Source: Clostridia bacterium
GTDB taxonomy: Bacteria > Bacillota > Clostridia > RGIG6154
Assembly: GCA_045593265.1 (NCBI GenBank)
Contig: JAZNWH010000131.1
Coordinates: 9,422 to 73,421 of the forward strand
Length of the DNA stretch: 64,000 nucleotides
Direction of reading: 5' to 3'
The position numbers and the translations under genes were made by a program. The notes beneath the pieces were generated by a model. The model made no database searches and was not told where the DNA came from. It saw only the letters and a program-made list of their open reading frames with translations. This document shows, piece by piece, positions 29,246-38,435 of this stretch; within the stretch, counting starts at the first letter, position 1; every line of letters starts with the position of its first letter.

Positions 29246-30967
29246 ATGGAAAATATTAATTTAAAACTGATTCCTCAACCTAAAGAAGTTAAATTAACAG
29301 ATTCAATTTTAAATGATTCTGGTATAAGAATATTAACTGAAATATGTGATGAGCGAATTAATACGATGCTTAGGAAACTGCCTTTGTCAGATGATGGTGT
29401 AGGTTTGAAAATCAAAATTAAAGATACAAATTCTGAAAGCTACACTCTTAAAATAACAAAGGATGAAATTTTGATTGACGCTGACGGAATTAAAGGTGCA
29501 TTTTATGCAGTACAGACACTTCGACAAGTTTATAACAACGGAATAGTTCCATGTTGTGAGATATACGATAAACCTGATTTTGAGTACAGAGGTGCTTACC
29601 TTGATATAACAAGAGGTAAAGTTCCTACACTCGAAACAATAAAAAAGTTTATCGATAAAATAGCTTATTACAAAATGAATTCTTTGCAGCTTTATGTAGA
29701 ACATACATATGAATTTAAGGAATATGCAGATAATTTAGAAAGAACAGGATATATAACATCCGAAGAATTAAAAGAAATTGATGCATACTGCAAAGAAAAC
29801 TTTATTGAATTTATACCCTCCCTTTCAACATTCGGACATTTGTATGAGCTTCTGCAGAAGGACAGGTATAAGCATTTACGTATGCTTGACGATTACAAGC
29901 CTGAGCATCATATGTGGCTTGAAAGGCAGAGTCATCACACAATTGACCCACGTAATCCGGAAAGCTTTGAATTAATAAAGAGCTTAATAGACCAGTACAG
30001 CCCCAATTTTACTTCACAATGGTTTAACATATGCTGTGATGAAACCTTTGATTTAACGAGAAATCCACAGCTCGAGAATGAAGATACAGGTGCACAGTAT
30101 GTTGCTTTCATTTCAAAGCTTGTTGACTATTTGAGTAAAAAGGGCAAGAGATGTATGATGTGGGGGGATGTTTTGTTAAATCATCCCGATAAAATCGATG
30201 AAGTCCCCAAAGATGTGGTATTTCTTAATTGGTTTTACAGAGAAAATCCCAAAACGGAGCAGGTTGAAAAATTCTACACTGCAGGAAGAAATCAAATTTT
30301 ATGTGTGGGAACCTCGAATTGGGCAAGGTATTGCGAAAATATTGATATTGCCTTGCTTAATATAGAAAATATGACACGTCTTGGTTATCGATTCGGTGCA
30401 AAGGGGACACTTACTTCACTGTGGGGTGATTACGGAAATACTGCAAGTATTGCTCTTTCTGAATGTTCCTTTGCGTATGGTGCGGACAGAGTATGGAATA
30501 TAGATGTACAAAAGGAAGATATCTTCAGTAAAGTTGATAGGCTTGTTTATAAAGCGGAAGGCTTATCTAATTATGCTAAAGAACTTTCAAAATTCCAGAC
30601 CGAATTACCATGGATAGGTATAATACTTCTTTATGAAGACAGATGTATGGGAATTAAACATGATTTCCCTTATTATGCTGAGCATATAATGTTACCATTC
30701 ATAGCGAAATGCAAGGATTACATAGCAAGGCTTGAAAAAGAGCCTTATGACAATGAGCATAAAAAAGAAATGCTTGTTGTTGCAGAAGGGTTTATAGTTA
30801 TGGCTGAAATAGCTACCATTCAGAACGGAACTAAGCTTAAAAGAAGCACTGACACATCTCTGTGGATGAAAAAGTACAGAGATTTGTGGTTGTCAAATAA
30901 CAAAGAAAGCGAGCTTAAAGAGATTGAAAATATCTTCAATTCATTGGAGATAAAGGGAGAAGCATAA
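29246..30967 (+). CDS. GH20-like TIM-barrel hydrolase (beta-N-acetylhexosaminidase family, divergent active site), cytoplasmic.
   Basis: RGAYLDITRGKVPTLETIKKFIDKIAYYKMNSLQLYVEHTYEF matches the GH20 beta1-beta2 signature. FNICCDET sits at the position of the HxGGDE motif. Start chosen at ATG 29246 (GGAG 6 nt upstream). The six-frame ORF starts at 29234. Confidence 0.45.
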   Translation: MENINLKLIPQPKEVKLTDSILNDSGIRILTEICDERINTMLRKLPLSDDGVGLKIKIKDTNSESYTLKITKDEILIDADGIKGAFYAVQTLRQVYNNGIVPCCEIYDKPDFEYRGAYLDITRGKVPTLETIKKFIDKIAYYKMNSLQLYVEHTYEFKEYADNLERTGYITSEELKEIDAYCKENFIEFIPSLSTFGHLYELLQKDRYKHLRMLDDYKPEHHMWLERQSHHTIDPRNPESFELIKSLIDQYSPNFTSQWFNICCDETFDLTRNPQLENEDTGAQYVAFISKLVDYLSKKGKRCMMWGDVLLNHPDKIDEVPKDVVFLNWFYRENPKTEQVEKFYTAGRNQILCVGTSNWARYCENIDIALLNIENMTRLGYRFGAKGTLTSLWGDYGNTASIALSECSFAYGADRVWNIDVQKEDIFSKVDRLVYKAEGLSNYAKELSKFQTELPWIGIILLYEDRCMGIKHDFPYYAEHIMLPFIAKCKDYIARLEKEPYDNEHKKEMLVVAEGFIVMAEIATIQNGTKLKRSTDTSLWMKKYRDLWLSNNKESELKEIENIFNSLEIKGEA

Positions 30968-31869
30968 TGAGAGAGTATATAATCAGCTTTTTTGATGAAT
31001 TTGATTTTCCAACCGAGGCAAGGGAAGATTTGCTTGCAAATTACGATATTATCTGGGAAAATGATAATGTCCGCAAGGTGTTTGAAGCTTATATAAAGGA
31101 ATATGAGGCGGAGAATAAGCTTGACTGGAACAAATCGACAGATGATGTTGTAGAAGCGGCAGGATCGCTTGGAGTTCACGAATACAGCGCACATCTTATA
31201 TTTTTAATATGTCTTACAAAGCACGCAAAGCAGTTATATGAAGAAAAGGGATATTCTTATGAGATGTATAAGAATACCTTTAATGATATAAGATGCAAGC
31301 TTTTTGAATGTCATAATGTACATTCTGTATGGGGTAATGAGCTTCTTCGTATATGGTACGGCAGATTTTTTGAACTCGATTTGTTTGGCTTGGGAAGATT
31401 TCAGTTTGAAAAACGTGAATTTTACAATCCTTCTGGTGAAGATTATAAAAAAGGCTCAAAGTGTATCAAACAGGGTGATTTAGTAATAAACATACATATT
31501 CCGTCAGACGGACGACCTGTTACAAAGGAACTTATAGATGATGCTTTAGCAAGAGGCTACGAGTTTTATAAGGATTTATTCGAAGACGGAGTAGTGCCTT
31601 TCAATTTGCGTTCATGGTTGCTGTACGAGAGACATAGAGAATTTCTTCCCGAAAAATCAAATATATTGACACTTATGGATTATTTTGATATTTATTTCAG
31701 CCATGATGATGAAAAGTTTCTTGACTGGTGGCGTATATTCGGTAAGAATTATAACAATAATATTGACGAAATGCCCACAGACACAAGCCTGCAGCGTGCA
31801 TATGTAGATTGGGTTAAAAAAGGCAATTTTCCAGGTCATGGCCATGGAATATTGCTGTATGAAAAATAA
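30967..31869 (+). CDS. Hypothetical protein, possibly a DUF-type acyltransferase-like protein.
   Basis: RBS AAGGGAGAAG. 300 aa with no recognisable catalytic motif. The TAATG start overlaps the preceding stop. Confidence 0.3.
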   Translation: MREYIISFFDEFDFPTEAREDLLANYDIIWENDNVRKVFEAYIKEYEAENKLDWNKSTDDVVEAAGSLGVHEYSAHLIFLICLTKHAKQLYEEKGYSYEMYKNTFNDIRCKLFECHNVHSVWGNELLRIWYGRFFELDLFGLGRFQFEKREFYNPSGEDYKKGSKCIKQGDLVINIHIPSDGRPVTKELIDDALARGYEFYKDLFEDGVVPFNLRSWLLYERHREFLPEKSNILTLMDYFDIYFSHDDEKFLDWWRIFGKNYNNNIDEMPTDTSLQRAYVDWVKKGNFPGHGHGILLYEK

Positions 31870-31895
31870 CTGAAAATAAAAAAAGATTTATGTTG

Positions 31896-31924
31896 TTGAA
31901 AAAATCCCAAGTACGATGTATAAT
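31896..31924 (+). promoter_or_regulatory. Sigma-A-type promoter for the AraC gene (-35 TTGAAA, 17-nt spacer, -10 TATAAT).
   Basis: Perfect consensus hexamers with optimal spacing about 30 nt upstream of the start. Confidence 0.5.
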
Positions 31925-31956
31925 GTTATTAACCTAACGCTATGGATGGTGATAAT

Positions 31957-32844
31957 ATGGATATTCTTACAAAAGAAAATTTTTTCAGACCAAATGAAAA
32001 TATACATATACAGTTATCAAATGAATATCCCGATTATATAGGTAAATGGCATACACACAATTACATTGAAGTAGTTTATATTATTTCTGGAAGTGCAGTT
32101 CACGAAATAGACGGAAAAAGATACAATGTCAAACGCGGAGATTTGTGTATAATTAATATGCACACACCTCATGTTTTCTATATTCACGAGGATTCCAAAG
32201 AGACATTTTCCTGTTACGATCTTATGTTTACACCTGAATTTTTCGATGAATCACTGGACGGATATAAGGCGCTGGAATCTCTTAATAAATCTTATATGTT
32301 TTATTCTTTGTTCGGTGAAAGCAGAGAAATTGTTCCTTTTTACAGTGTATCGGAAAGTGATTTTACTATGTTTGGTGAATTGTTCAATAAGATTTACCAT
32401 GAACACCGAAAGCAGGAAAAAGGATATACCGAAATAATCCGTGCATATCTTTTACAATTAATTATAACAATATTTCGTATTGACAGCAGGGAAAACGAAA
32501 ATTCCAAAAAGCATAAAGTAAATCACGTTGTAAGCTATATAAACGATTATATAAATGCAAATTACAGCCAACATATATCTGTAAATAAGCTTGCAAAAGA
32601 GGTGTTTTTGCATCCCGATTATCTTGGACGTATTTTTCGCGAAGCTACCGGAATGAACATAAGTACAATGATACAAAAGGTAAGAGTTGAAAATGCCTGT
32701 CATTTTCTTTCAACAACCAACCTTAACATTTCGGATATAGCTCATAAGTGTGGCTTTGACGATACAAAATTTTTCTATACGGTTTTCAAAAAAAGAATGG
32801 GCGTTTTGCCGGGAGAGTACAGAAAAAATATACAGACTAAATAA
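31957..32844 (+). CDS. AraC-family transcriptional regulator (cupin sensor domain plus HTH).
   Basis: C-terminal AraC HTH (ISTMIQKVRVENACHFLSTTNLNISDIAHKCGFDDTKFFYTVFKKRMGVLPGEYRK). Start placed at ATG 31957 downstream of the promoter. The six-frame ORF starts at 31942. Confidence 0.7.
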   Translation: MDILTKENFFRPNENIHIQLSNEYPDYIGKWHTHNYIEVVYIISGSAVHEIDGKRYNVKRGDLCIINMHTPHVFYIHEDSKETFSCYDLMFTPEFFDESLDGYKALESLNKSYMFYSLFGESREIVPFYSVSESDFTMFGELFNKIYHEHRKQEKGYTEIIRAYLLQLIITIFRIDSRENENSKKHKVNHVVSYINDYINANYSQHISVNKLAKEVFLHPDYLGRIFREATGMNISTMIQKVRVENACHFLSTTNLNISDIAHKCGFDDTKFFYTVFKKRMGVLPGEYRKNIQTK

Positions 32845-32998
32845 TACAGATAACGACTTTGTTGAAAAATTATTTTCAGCAGAGTCTTATTTTTTATAAA
32901 AATTAAATGTCGGAATATACCATATTTAAGTAGGAATTATCTAAAGACATTTTTTTCTTGTTAAGATATACTTAAATTGTAGTAAACTATTTAGTTTA

Positions 32999-33191
32999 AG
33001 AGGAGAGTAACGTGAAAGTTCCTTTCCCGTTATTGCCTCCGGCGGATTTAAAAAGCCCGTGCGAAATTTTCCTCACACTCGTTCGGGAACGCACATGGGC
33101 AAAAAATCTCTTATCATTCCTTGCCATACGGATAAGAGAAATTTTAAAACTATTATTTATGCCGACGTATGGCGGCGGAATGGAGATTTAT
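32999..33191 (+). ncRNA. Conserved structured leader RNA (copy B), immediately upstream of an M24-like/PIG-L/epimerase operon.
   Basis: Same P1/P2/P3 architecture and identical 3' tail (gtatggcggcggaatGGAGatttatATG) as copy A. Covariation in the P2 inner hairpin and in the loop/tail pairing (ccauacg/cguaugg versus ccaugcg/uguaugg). Confidence 0.45.
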
Positions 33192-34541
33192 ATGTTTAAT
33201 TTAAAAGAATGGAATCAGCAGGCGAACATTGTTGCCGATATTTTAGCAAAGGCACCAAAGTTTGATAAGACAGTAAGAATAGGTAAGGACGAATTTCAGG
33301 CGAGAGCTAAAAGAGTGTACGAAGCTTTAAAGGCGGCAGGCTTTGATGGCGGTATTGTATATTCCGACGAGCATTATCACGGTGATGTACCTTATCTTGG
33401 CGGTAATACCAACATTTCTGTTGAACCTGTTGCAGGTATTGTAGGAAAGAACGGTTTTTCAATTCTTGCAGGACTTGAGGGCTGCTATGTTGCAGAACAG
33501 CTTTCAAAGAGAAGCGGCTGCAAGGTAGGAAGAGTTGAAATGCTTAAGCTTGCAGACGAAGAATATCCTGTTGAAGTTGACAGAATAGAAGATATTGCAG
33601 AACAGATTTGCGGAGGAAAGCCACAGAAACTTGCGCTTTTAACATCCCGTTCTGTAATGCCGGTAAGCATATATGAATTTTTTGAAGATTATGTAGGTAA
33701 AGGAAATCTCCTGGACGGTCAGGAAATATATCAGAAAATCAAATACGAAAAGTCAGATATGGAAATGGCACTTACCCGTCAGGCAGCAAAAATATCCGAC
33801 TATATGATGGAGGGTATGCTTGCTGTTATGAAGCCGGGTATGCTCGAAACTCAGGTTGCACAGTGGGGTTATACTATTGCTTATGAATTAGGTGTTGAGG
33901 AACTTGGCTTTGACGTAATGGTTACAGCAGGCGAAGCTAACCGTTCAATCGTAGGTAAAGCATTGAACAGAACAATTATGGAAGGTGATTTTGTACATCT
34001 TGGTGTAGGTCCTAAGGTTGATGGTCTTACAGCTTGCGAAAGATGCAGTGTTGTATGCACAAAGCCAGGCGGAAAGATTTCTGATGTTCAGGATTACTGG
34101 CTCAGCTTTGTTGAAGATGCATACAGAGTTGGTCTCGATGCATTTATTGATGTTGCAAAAAATAATCTTCCTGCAAAATTACAGGAACAGGCACTTGTTG
34201 ATTATTTTGAAAGCAGAAGAGCAGAAGTAAGCAAACGAATGGGAAAAGACATTGACCTTGCAATGCTTAAGCCTTACACAGGAACACACAATGCAGGTTA
34301 TACAGAATGTCAGGAATTTTATGGTGCTATTACCCTTAATTCAAATGAACCTATGGGTAACCAGATTGTAACAATGCTTGACGTTGCAGCAAGAGGCTTC
34401 GGAAGCACATGGGATGAAGTTATCATTCCTGAATTTGACTATCTTTTAGTAGAAAAAACTCTCGGTAAGTTCGGTAATAAAGTAGAAGTATTTAACGACC
34501 TTCCTGTAAGAGTTCAGCATTTAGTAGGTGCAGGATATTAA
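33192..34541 (+). CDS. Creatinase/prolidase-fold (M24-family-like) protein, a candidate Xaa-Pro aminopeptidase or related hydrolase.
   Basis: Creatinase-type N-terminal domain followed by a pita-bread fold. Start ATG 33192 after SD GGAGA. The six-frame ORF from GTG 33012 translates the leader RNA. Confidence 0.5.
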   Translation: MFNLKEWNQQANIVADILAKAPKFDKTVRIGKDEFQARAKRVYEALKAAGFDGGIVYSDEHYHGDVPYLGGNTNISVEPVAGIVGKNGFSILAGLEGCYVAEQLSKRSGCKVGRVEMLKLADEEYPVEVDRIEDIAEQICGGKPQKLALLTSRSVMPVSIYEFFEDYVGKGNLLDGQEIYQKIKYEKSDMEMALTRQAAKISDYMMEGMLAVMKPGMLETQVAQWGYTIAYELGVEELGFDVMVTAGEANRSIVGKALNRTIMEGDFVHLGVGPKVDGLTACERCSVVCTKPGGKISDVQDYWLSFVEDAYRVGLDAFIDVAKNNLPAKLQEQALVDYFESRRAEVSKRMGKDIDLAMLKPYTGTHNAGYTECQEFYGAITLNSNEPMGNQIVTMLDVAARGFGSTWDEVIIPEFDYLLVEKTLGKFGNKVEVFNDLPVRVQHLVGAGY

Positions 34542-34552
34542 GAGGTGAAAAA

Positions 34553-35398
34553 ATGAGCTTTAAATATTATAATGTTAACGAAAGAACGGTTTCAGATGAT
34601 ATAAATATTATTTTCCCCAATTTCGGTGAAAATGAAGTTCTTGCTGTTATGAGTCCACACGACGATGATGCAATTATCGGTGCAGGATATGCTATGCTTG
34701 CGGCTAAAAAAGCAGGAGCGGATGTATATGTTGTTATTTTCTGCAGAGGCGATGCAGGTTACAGCACAGTAGAAGAAAAAGAAACAATCGAAGAGGTAAG
34801 AAAAAAAGAAACCTTTGATTGTTATGAAAGACTTGGCATTCCTGAGGACCATATAATAAGACTTGATTTCAGGGATTTCTCTGCATTCGGAAATATCGGC
34901 TGGGAAAAAGCAGATGGAAAAGAAGGGGATATGCCGAGAATATTACGTTTTTTGCGTGATAAAAAGGTTACGAGAGTTATGGTGCCAAACCATCACCGTG
35001 AACATATCGACCATACTGCAGCACATATTATGAGTTCTTTTAATGTGCCTCAGGCAGGTGATATTTGTATAGTCGATAACGGAACTCCTCACAGTGTTAA
35101 ATCTGTGCTTGAATACTCTGTATGGGCAGATTTGGCTCCCGATGATGCTTTGGTAAACGGCAGACCTTCTAACTTACGTGCAAACCGTATACTTACAGTA
35201 AGCTCTGATGTGGAAGAAGAAATTGCGAACGCAGTTTCTGCGTATGTTTCACAGATTGAAATAATTAAAGGGCTTGTTGCCGCAAGAAAAGAAAGAAAAA
35301 CTGCTGACGGAGAATATGTTGAAGTATATTTAACTCTTGATTGCAGACCGAAGATTGATTTTTCACCTTACAAGGAATTTGTTGAAAGTGTTAAATAA
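34553..35398 (+). CDS. PIG-L/LmbE-family N-deacetylase.
   Basis: N-terminal VLAVMSPHDDDAIIGAG matches the PIG-L zinc-binding motif (AHPDDE-type). Confidence 0.65.
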   Translation: MSFKYYNVNERTVSDDINIIFPNFGENEVLAVMSPHDDDAIIGAGYAMLAAKKAGADVYVVIFCRGDAGYSTVEEKETIEEVRKKETFDCYERLGIPEDHIIRLDFRDFSAFGNIGWEKADGKEGDMPRILRFLRDKKVTRVMVPNHHREHIDHTAAHIMSSFNVPQAGDICIVDNGTPHSVKSVLEYSVWADLAPDDALVNGRPSNLRANRILTVSSDVEEEIANAVSAYVSQIEIIKGLVAARKERKTADGEYVEVYLTLDCRPKIDFSPYKEFVESVK

Positions 35399-35417
35399 AA
35401 CGGGAGGTGTATGCGTA

Positions 35418-36296
35418 ATGAATAAGCTTGGTATATTTATGAATTTCTGGGAAAATGAATGGCAGGCAGACCACATTAAGTATATCAAAAAAGCATCGGA
35501 CATAGGCTTTGATATACTTGAATTTCAGGCACAGCCACTTCTTGATATGACAGAAAAAAGAATGACTGAAATTAAAAATGCCGCAGAAGAATATGGCATT
35601 GAGCTTACATACAGCTTAGGACTTGATAAAAAATACGATATTTCCTCAAATGATGAATCGGTAAGACTTGGAGGAATTAAGTATCTTACTGAAATTATGA
35701 ACAAGGTTCATTTTATGGGCGGAAAGATAATTTCAGGTGTAAGCTATGCAGGTTGGGGAGTTCCCGACGGTGATTTTACAAGAGAGCAGCTTTTGGAAAA
35801 CAGTATTAAGTCAATGAAAGAGCTTGTTAAAATTGCAGAAGAATACGATATAACATATGCAGTAGAAGCTGTTAACCGTTTTGAAGGTGTTGTGCTTAAT
35901 ACATCAAAACAAGCTGTTGAATATGTAAAGGCTGTTGGCAGTAAGAATATGGGTGTTCTTCTTGATACATATCATATGAATATCGAAGAAAATAATATCG
36001 GCGATGCTATAAGATGTGCAGGAGAATTACTTGTTGGCTTCCATACAGGCGAAAATAACCGTACTGCACCTGGTAGAGGTCATCTTGACTGGGACGAAAT
36101 TTTCGGTGCCCTTGCTGATATTAACTATAAGGGTAGAATAGTTTCAGAACCCTTTGTTATGTCAGGCGGTCAGGTAGGAAGAGATATCTATGTGTGGAGA
36201 GATTTAATTTGCGATACATCAGAAAAATCTATCGATGAAGAAGCAAAGTATCTCTTAAACTTTGAAAAAGAAATGTTACAAAAGTATATGATTTAA
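35418..36296 (+). CDS. Ketose 3-epimerase (D-psicose/D-tagatose 3-epimerase family, xylose-isomerase-like TIM barrel).
   Basis: Nearly collinear with characterised DPEases: GIFMNFWENEW, VEAVNRFE, LLDTYHMNIEE, GFHTGENNRTAPGRG and SEPFVMSGG metal/catalytic blocks. Start ATG 35418 after GGGAGG. Confidence 0.7.
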   Translation: MNKLGIFMNFWENEWQADHIKYIKKASDIGFDILEFQAQPLLDMTEKRMTEIKNAAEEYGIELTYSLGLDKKYDISSNDESVRLGGIKYLTEIMNKVHFMGGKIISGVSYAGWGVPDGDFTREQLLENSIKSMKELVKIAEEYDITYAVEAVNRFEGVVLNTSKQAVEYVKAVGSKNMGVLLDTYHMNIEENNIGDAIRCAGELLVGFHTGENNRTAPGRGHLDWDEIFGALADINYKGRIVSEPFVMSGGQVGRDIYVWRDLICDTSEKSIDEEAKYLLNFEKEMLQKYMI

Positions 36297-36430
36297 TCAG
36301 ACTTACAGAATAAAAAAGATAAAACGGATCAAAATATGGTATCCATTTTAAAAACATATTTTCACAAATTAAATATTTCGTATTATCGTGAAACTATAGC
36401 TGCTAATATAATACAGTAAGTATATCGTGA

Positions 36431-36473
36431 AACATCTGCGAGAATTGAAAAATATTCTCGCAGATGTTTTTGC
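36431..36473 (+). terminator. Strong Rho-independent terminator after the epimerase operon.
   Basis: Perfect 15-bp stem aacatctgcgagaat/attctcgcagatgtt with an 8-nt loop, followed by TTTTGC. Confidence 0.7.
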
Positions 36474-36634
36474 ATAACGAAACTGACAGAATTGCTAAAA
36501 ATAAAATGATGCTTTTTGATGATGTAACAGACGGAATGGTTAAGAATGTATGCAGCCAGACGCGAAATTGATACTTATTTTGGGCAATTTTAATTGACAC
36601 AGAGGACCACGAACCTTAGAATTAACAACACAAA

Positions 36635-36809
36635 AAATGGCTCAAACGCAGTGTTTGAGCCAAAATAAAGCAGGACTCCGAAGAATCGACAGATTTTTTG
36701 GGAAGAAGAACAGTGAAGCAAGTGATTGATTTTTTGTATAGAAAAACAAAGCAAACGAAACTTATTCCGACGAGGCAGGGGCAGAGCGAAAAGAGTCATA
36801 TACACAATA
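36635..36809. repeat. R1 repeat copy 2. Its minus-strand terminator hairpin at 36638-36662 lies just downstream of the minus-strand AraC gene.
   Basis: Near-identical to 8725-8901. The hairpin is followed by TTTTTTGTG on the minus strand. Confidence 0.6.
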
Positions 36810-36830
36810 TGCTTTGAATGTGCATATATA

Positions 36831-37619
36831 CTATAAATTATGAATTTTCAGTTTGTATTCGGTGGGGGATGTACGCATTATTTTTTTAAACTGTTTGCTG
36901 AAATGATATTCGTCGTAAAATCCCAGGTTAAAAGCCACTTCCTTTACGGTAATTTCAGGAAAATTTTTGAAGTAGGTAATTGCTTCGGTTATTTTAAAAT
37001 CGAGCATATATTGGTGTATTGTTATGCCGAAGGCTTCTTTGAATTTTGTTTCGGCGGTTTTGACAGAAACATTACATTTTTTTGCAAGATAAGCGTTTGA
37101 GAAAAACTTTTCTGGACTGTTATGTACGATTTTTTTAATACGTAGCGGGATATTGTTTTCCGTATCTTCTACAGGTTGACACAGCTCATATAAAAGCAGA
37201 TTAAAGAAAATATCTGCTTTTTTTTGTTTGCCCTGAAGATAGCAGTTTACAATTTCTGAGAAGTATTTTTTAATATCAGAATTTGATGAAACATCGCAAA
37301 GGCTGTTTATGCATAAACCGTCTTGAGGAATGTTACTTGTAAAATCATTTTCGCCTTTTACGTGAAAATACATTGTTTTGGTGTTTGGTAGGCAAGGTGA
37401 AATTCCAAAGTGAGTATTGTTTGCGCTTAAAATTAAAATATTATCTTTTTTTGCTGTGAATTCTTCGTTATTTTGACCGAATTTCCATTCTCCCTGAAGT
37501 ATGTATATAAAGTCGTGGTCTTTCATTTTACGTTTGGGATGCACAAAGGGAGATGCGTAGAAATTTATATTCGCTTCCGTTATTGTGTGTGGAGTATTTT
37601 CCGAAAATACAGTAAACAT
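36831..37619 (-). CDS. AraC-family transcriptional regulator, divergent from the glycyl-radical-enzyme operon.
   Basis: Cupin N-domain plus AraC HTH (ITVKEVAFNLGFYDEYHFSKQFKKIMRTSPTEYK). Confidence 0.75.
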   Translation of the reverse strand: MFTVFSENTPHTITEANINFYASPFVHPKRKMKDHDFIYILQGEWKFGQNNEEFTAKKDNILILSANNTHFGISPCLPNTKTMYFHVKGENDFTSNIPQDGLCINSLCDVSSNSDIKKYFSEIVNCYLQGKQKKADIFFNLLLYELCQPVEDTENNIPLRIKKIVHNSPEKFFSNAYLAKKCNVSVKTAETKFKEAFGITIHQYMLDFKITEAITYFKNFPEITVKEVAFNLGFYDEYHFSKQFKKIMRTSPTEYKLKIHNL

Positions 37620-37723
37620 TTTAACACCTCTTTTTCGTTATTTTACATCTATATTTCCTTTTTGTCAATTCCATAATCAAAAATATATATGTATACTAAA
37701 ACTGTATAGTGAGAGGTGAATCT

Positions 37724-38425
37724 ATGAAAATTTTCCAAAAAGGCTTTAATTTTGGTCAGGATGGACCGGGAAACCGACTTGTTTATCACCTTCAGGGATG
37801 CAATATGGCATGTATATGGTGCTCAAACCCTGAAGGTATGAATATTAATGGTGGAAAAGAATATACAATTCAAGAGATTTTTGATGAGTGTAAACAAAGC
37901 AGGATGCTTTTCTTTTCAGGCGGAGGAGTAACATTTACAGGCGGAGAGGCAACACTTCAGCATAAGGAGCTTTTAGAAATTCTTAAACTGCTTAAAGAAG
38001 AGAAAATACATACCTGTATAGAAACAAACGGAACCTCTCTAAAGCTTAAGGAATTACTTCCGTTTATCGATTATCTTATAATGGATTTCAAGCACTATGA
38101 CAGCGATATACTGAAAAAATATACAGGCGTTGGTAACGAGGTAATAAAAAATAATTTTGAAGAAAACTGCAAAAATGAAAGACAGCAACATATAAGGATA
38201 CCTCTTATAAACAGAATAAATACAGATGCACCGGAAGAGTTTGCAGAATATTTTTCAAAATACGATACAAGTAATACAGTGTTTGAATTTTTGGTATATC
38301 ACGAATATGGTAAAGATAAGTGGACTTCAGAATATAAAGTTAAAGACGGTTTTGTACCCAGAGAAACCTTAAATAAATTTACAGAAGTTTTCAATGAATA
38401 TAATCTGAAATTAATAACTACATAG
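37724..38425 (+). CDS. Glycyl-radical enzyme activating protein (radical SAM, short PflA-like type).
   Basis: CNMACIWC (CX3CX2C) radical-SAM motif near the N-terminus. 233 aa. RBS GAGAGGTGA. The six-frame ORF starts at GTG 37709. Confidence 0.75.
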   Translation: MKIFQKGFNFGQDGPGNRLVYHLQGCNMACIWCSNPEGMNINGGKEYTIQEIFDECKQSRMLFFSGGGVTFTGGEATLQHKELLEILKLLKEEKIHTCIETNGTSLKLKELLPFIDYLIMDFKHYDSDILKKYTGVGNEVIKNNFEENCKNERQQHIRIPLINRINTDAPEEFAEYFSKYDTSNTVFEFLVYHEYGKDKWTSEYKVKDGFVPRETLNKFTEVFNEYNLKLITT

Positions 38426-38435
38426 GAGGGTTAAT

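Noticed and set aside
31942-31956. The upstream ATG at 31942 as the AraC start.
   Set aside because: It lies only about 11 nt downstream of the predicted transcription start from the consensus promoter (TTGAAA-17-TATAAT) and has no SD. The ATG at 31957 is preferred.
33012-33191. The six-frame ORFs starting at GTG 33012 (509 aa) and ATG 6829 (203 aa) imply long N-terminal extensions (MKVPFPLLPP… / MSMYGGGMEI…).
   Set aside because: The extensions are translations of the conserved leader RNA. The true starts are the ATGs at 33192 and 6862, each preceded by GGAGA at 6-nt spacing. A 1-nt indel between the copies breaks frame conservation, which argues against a conserved leader peptide.
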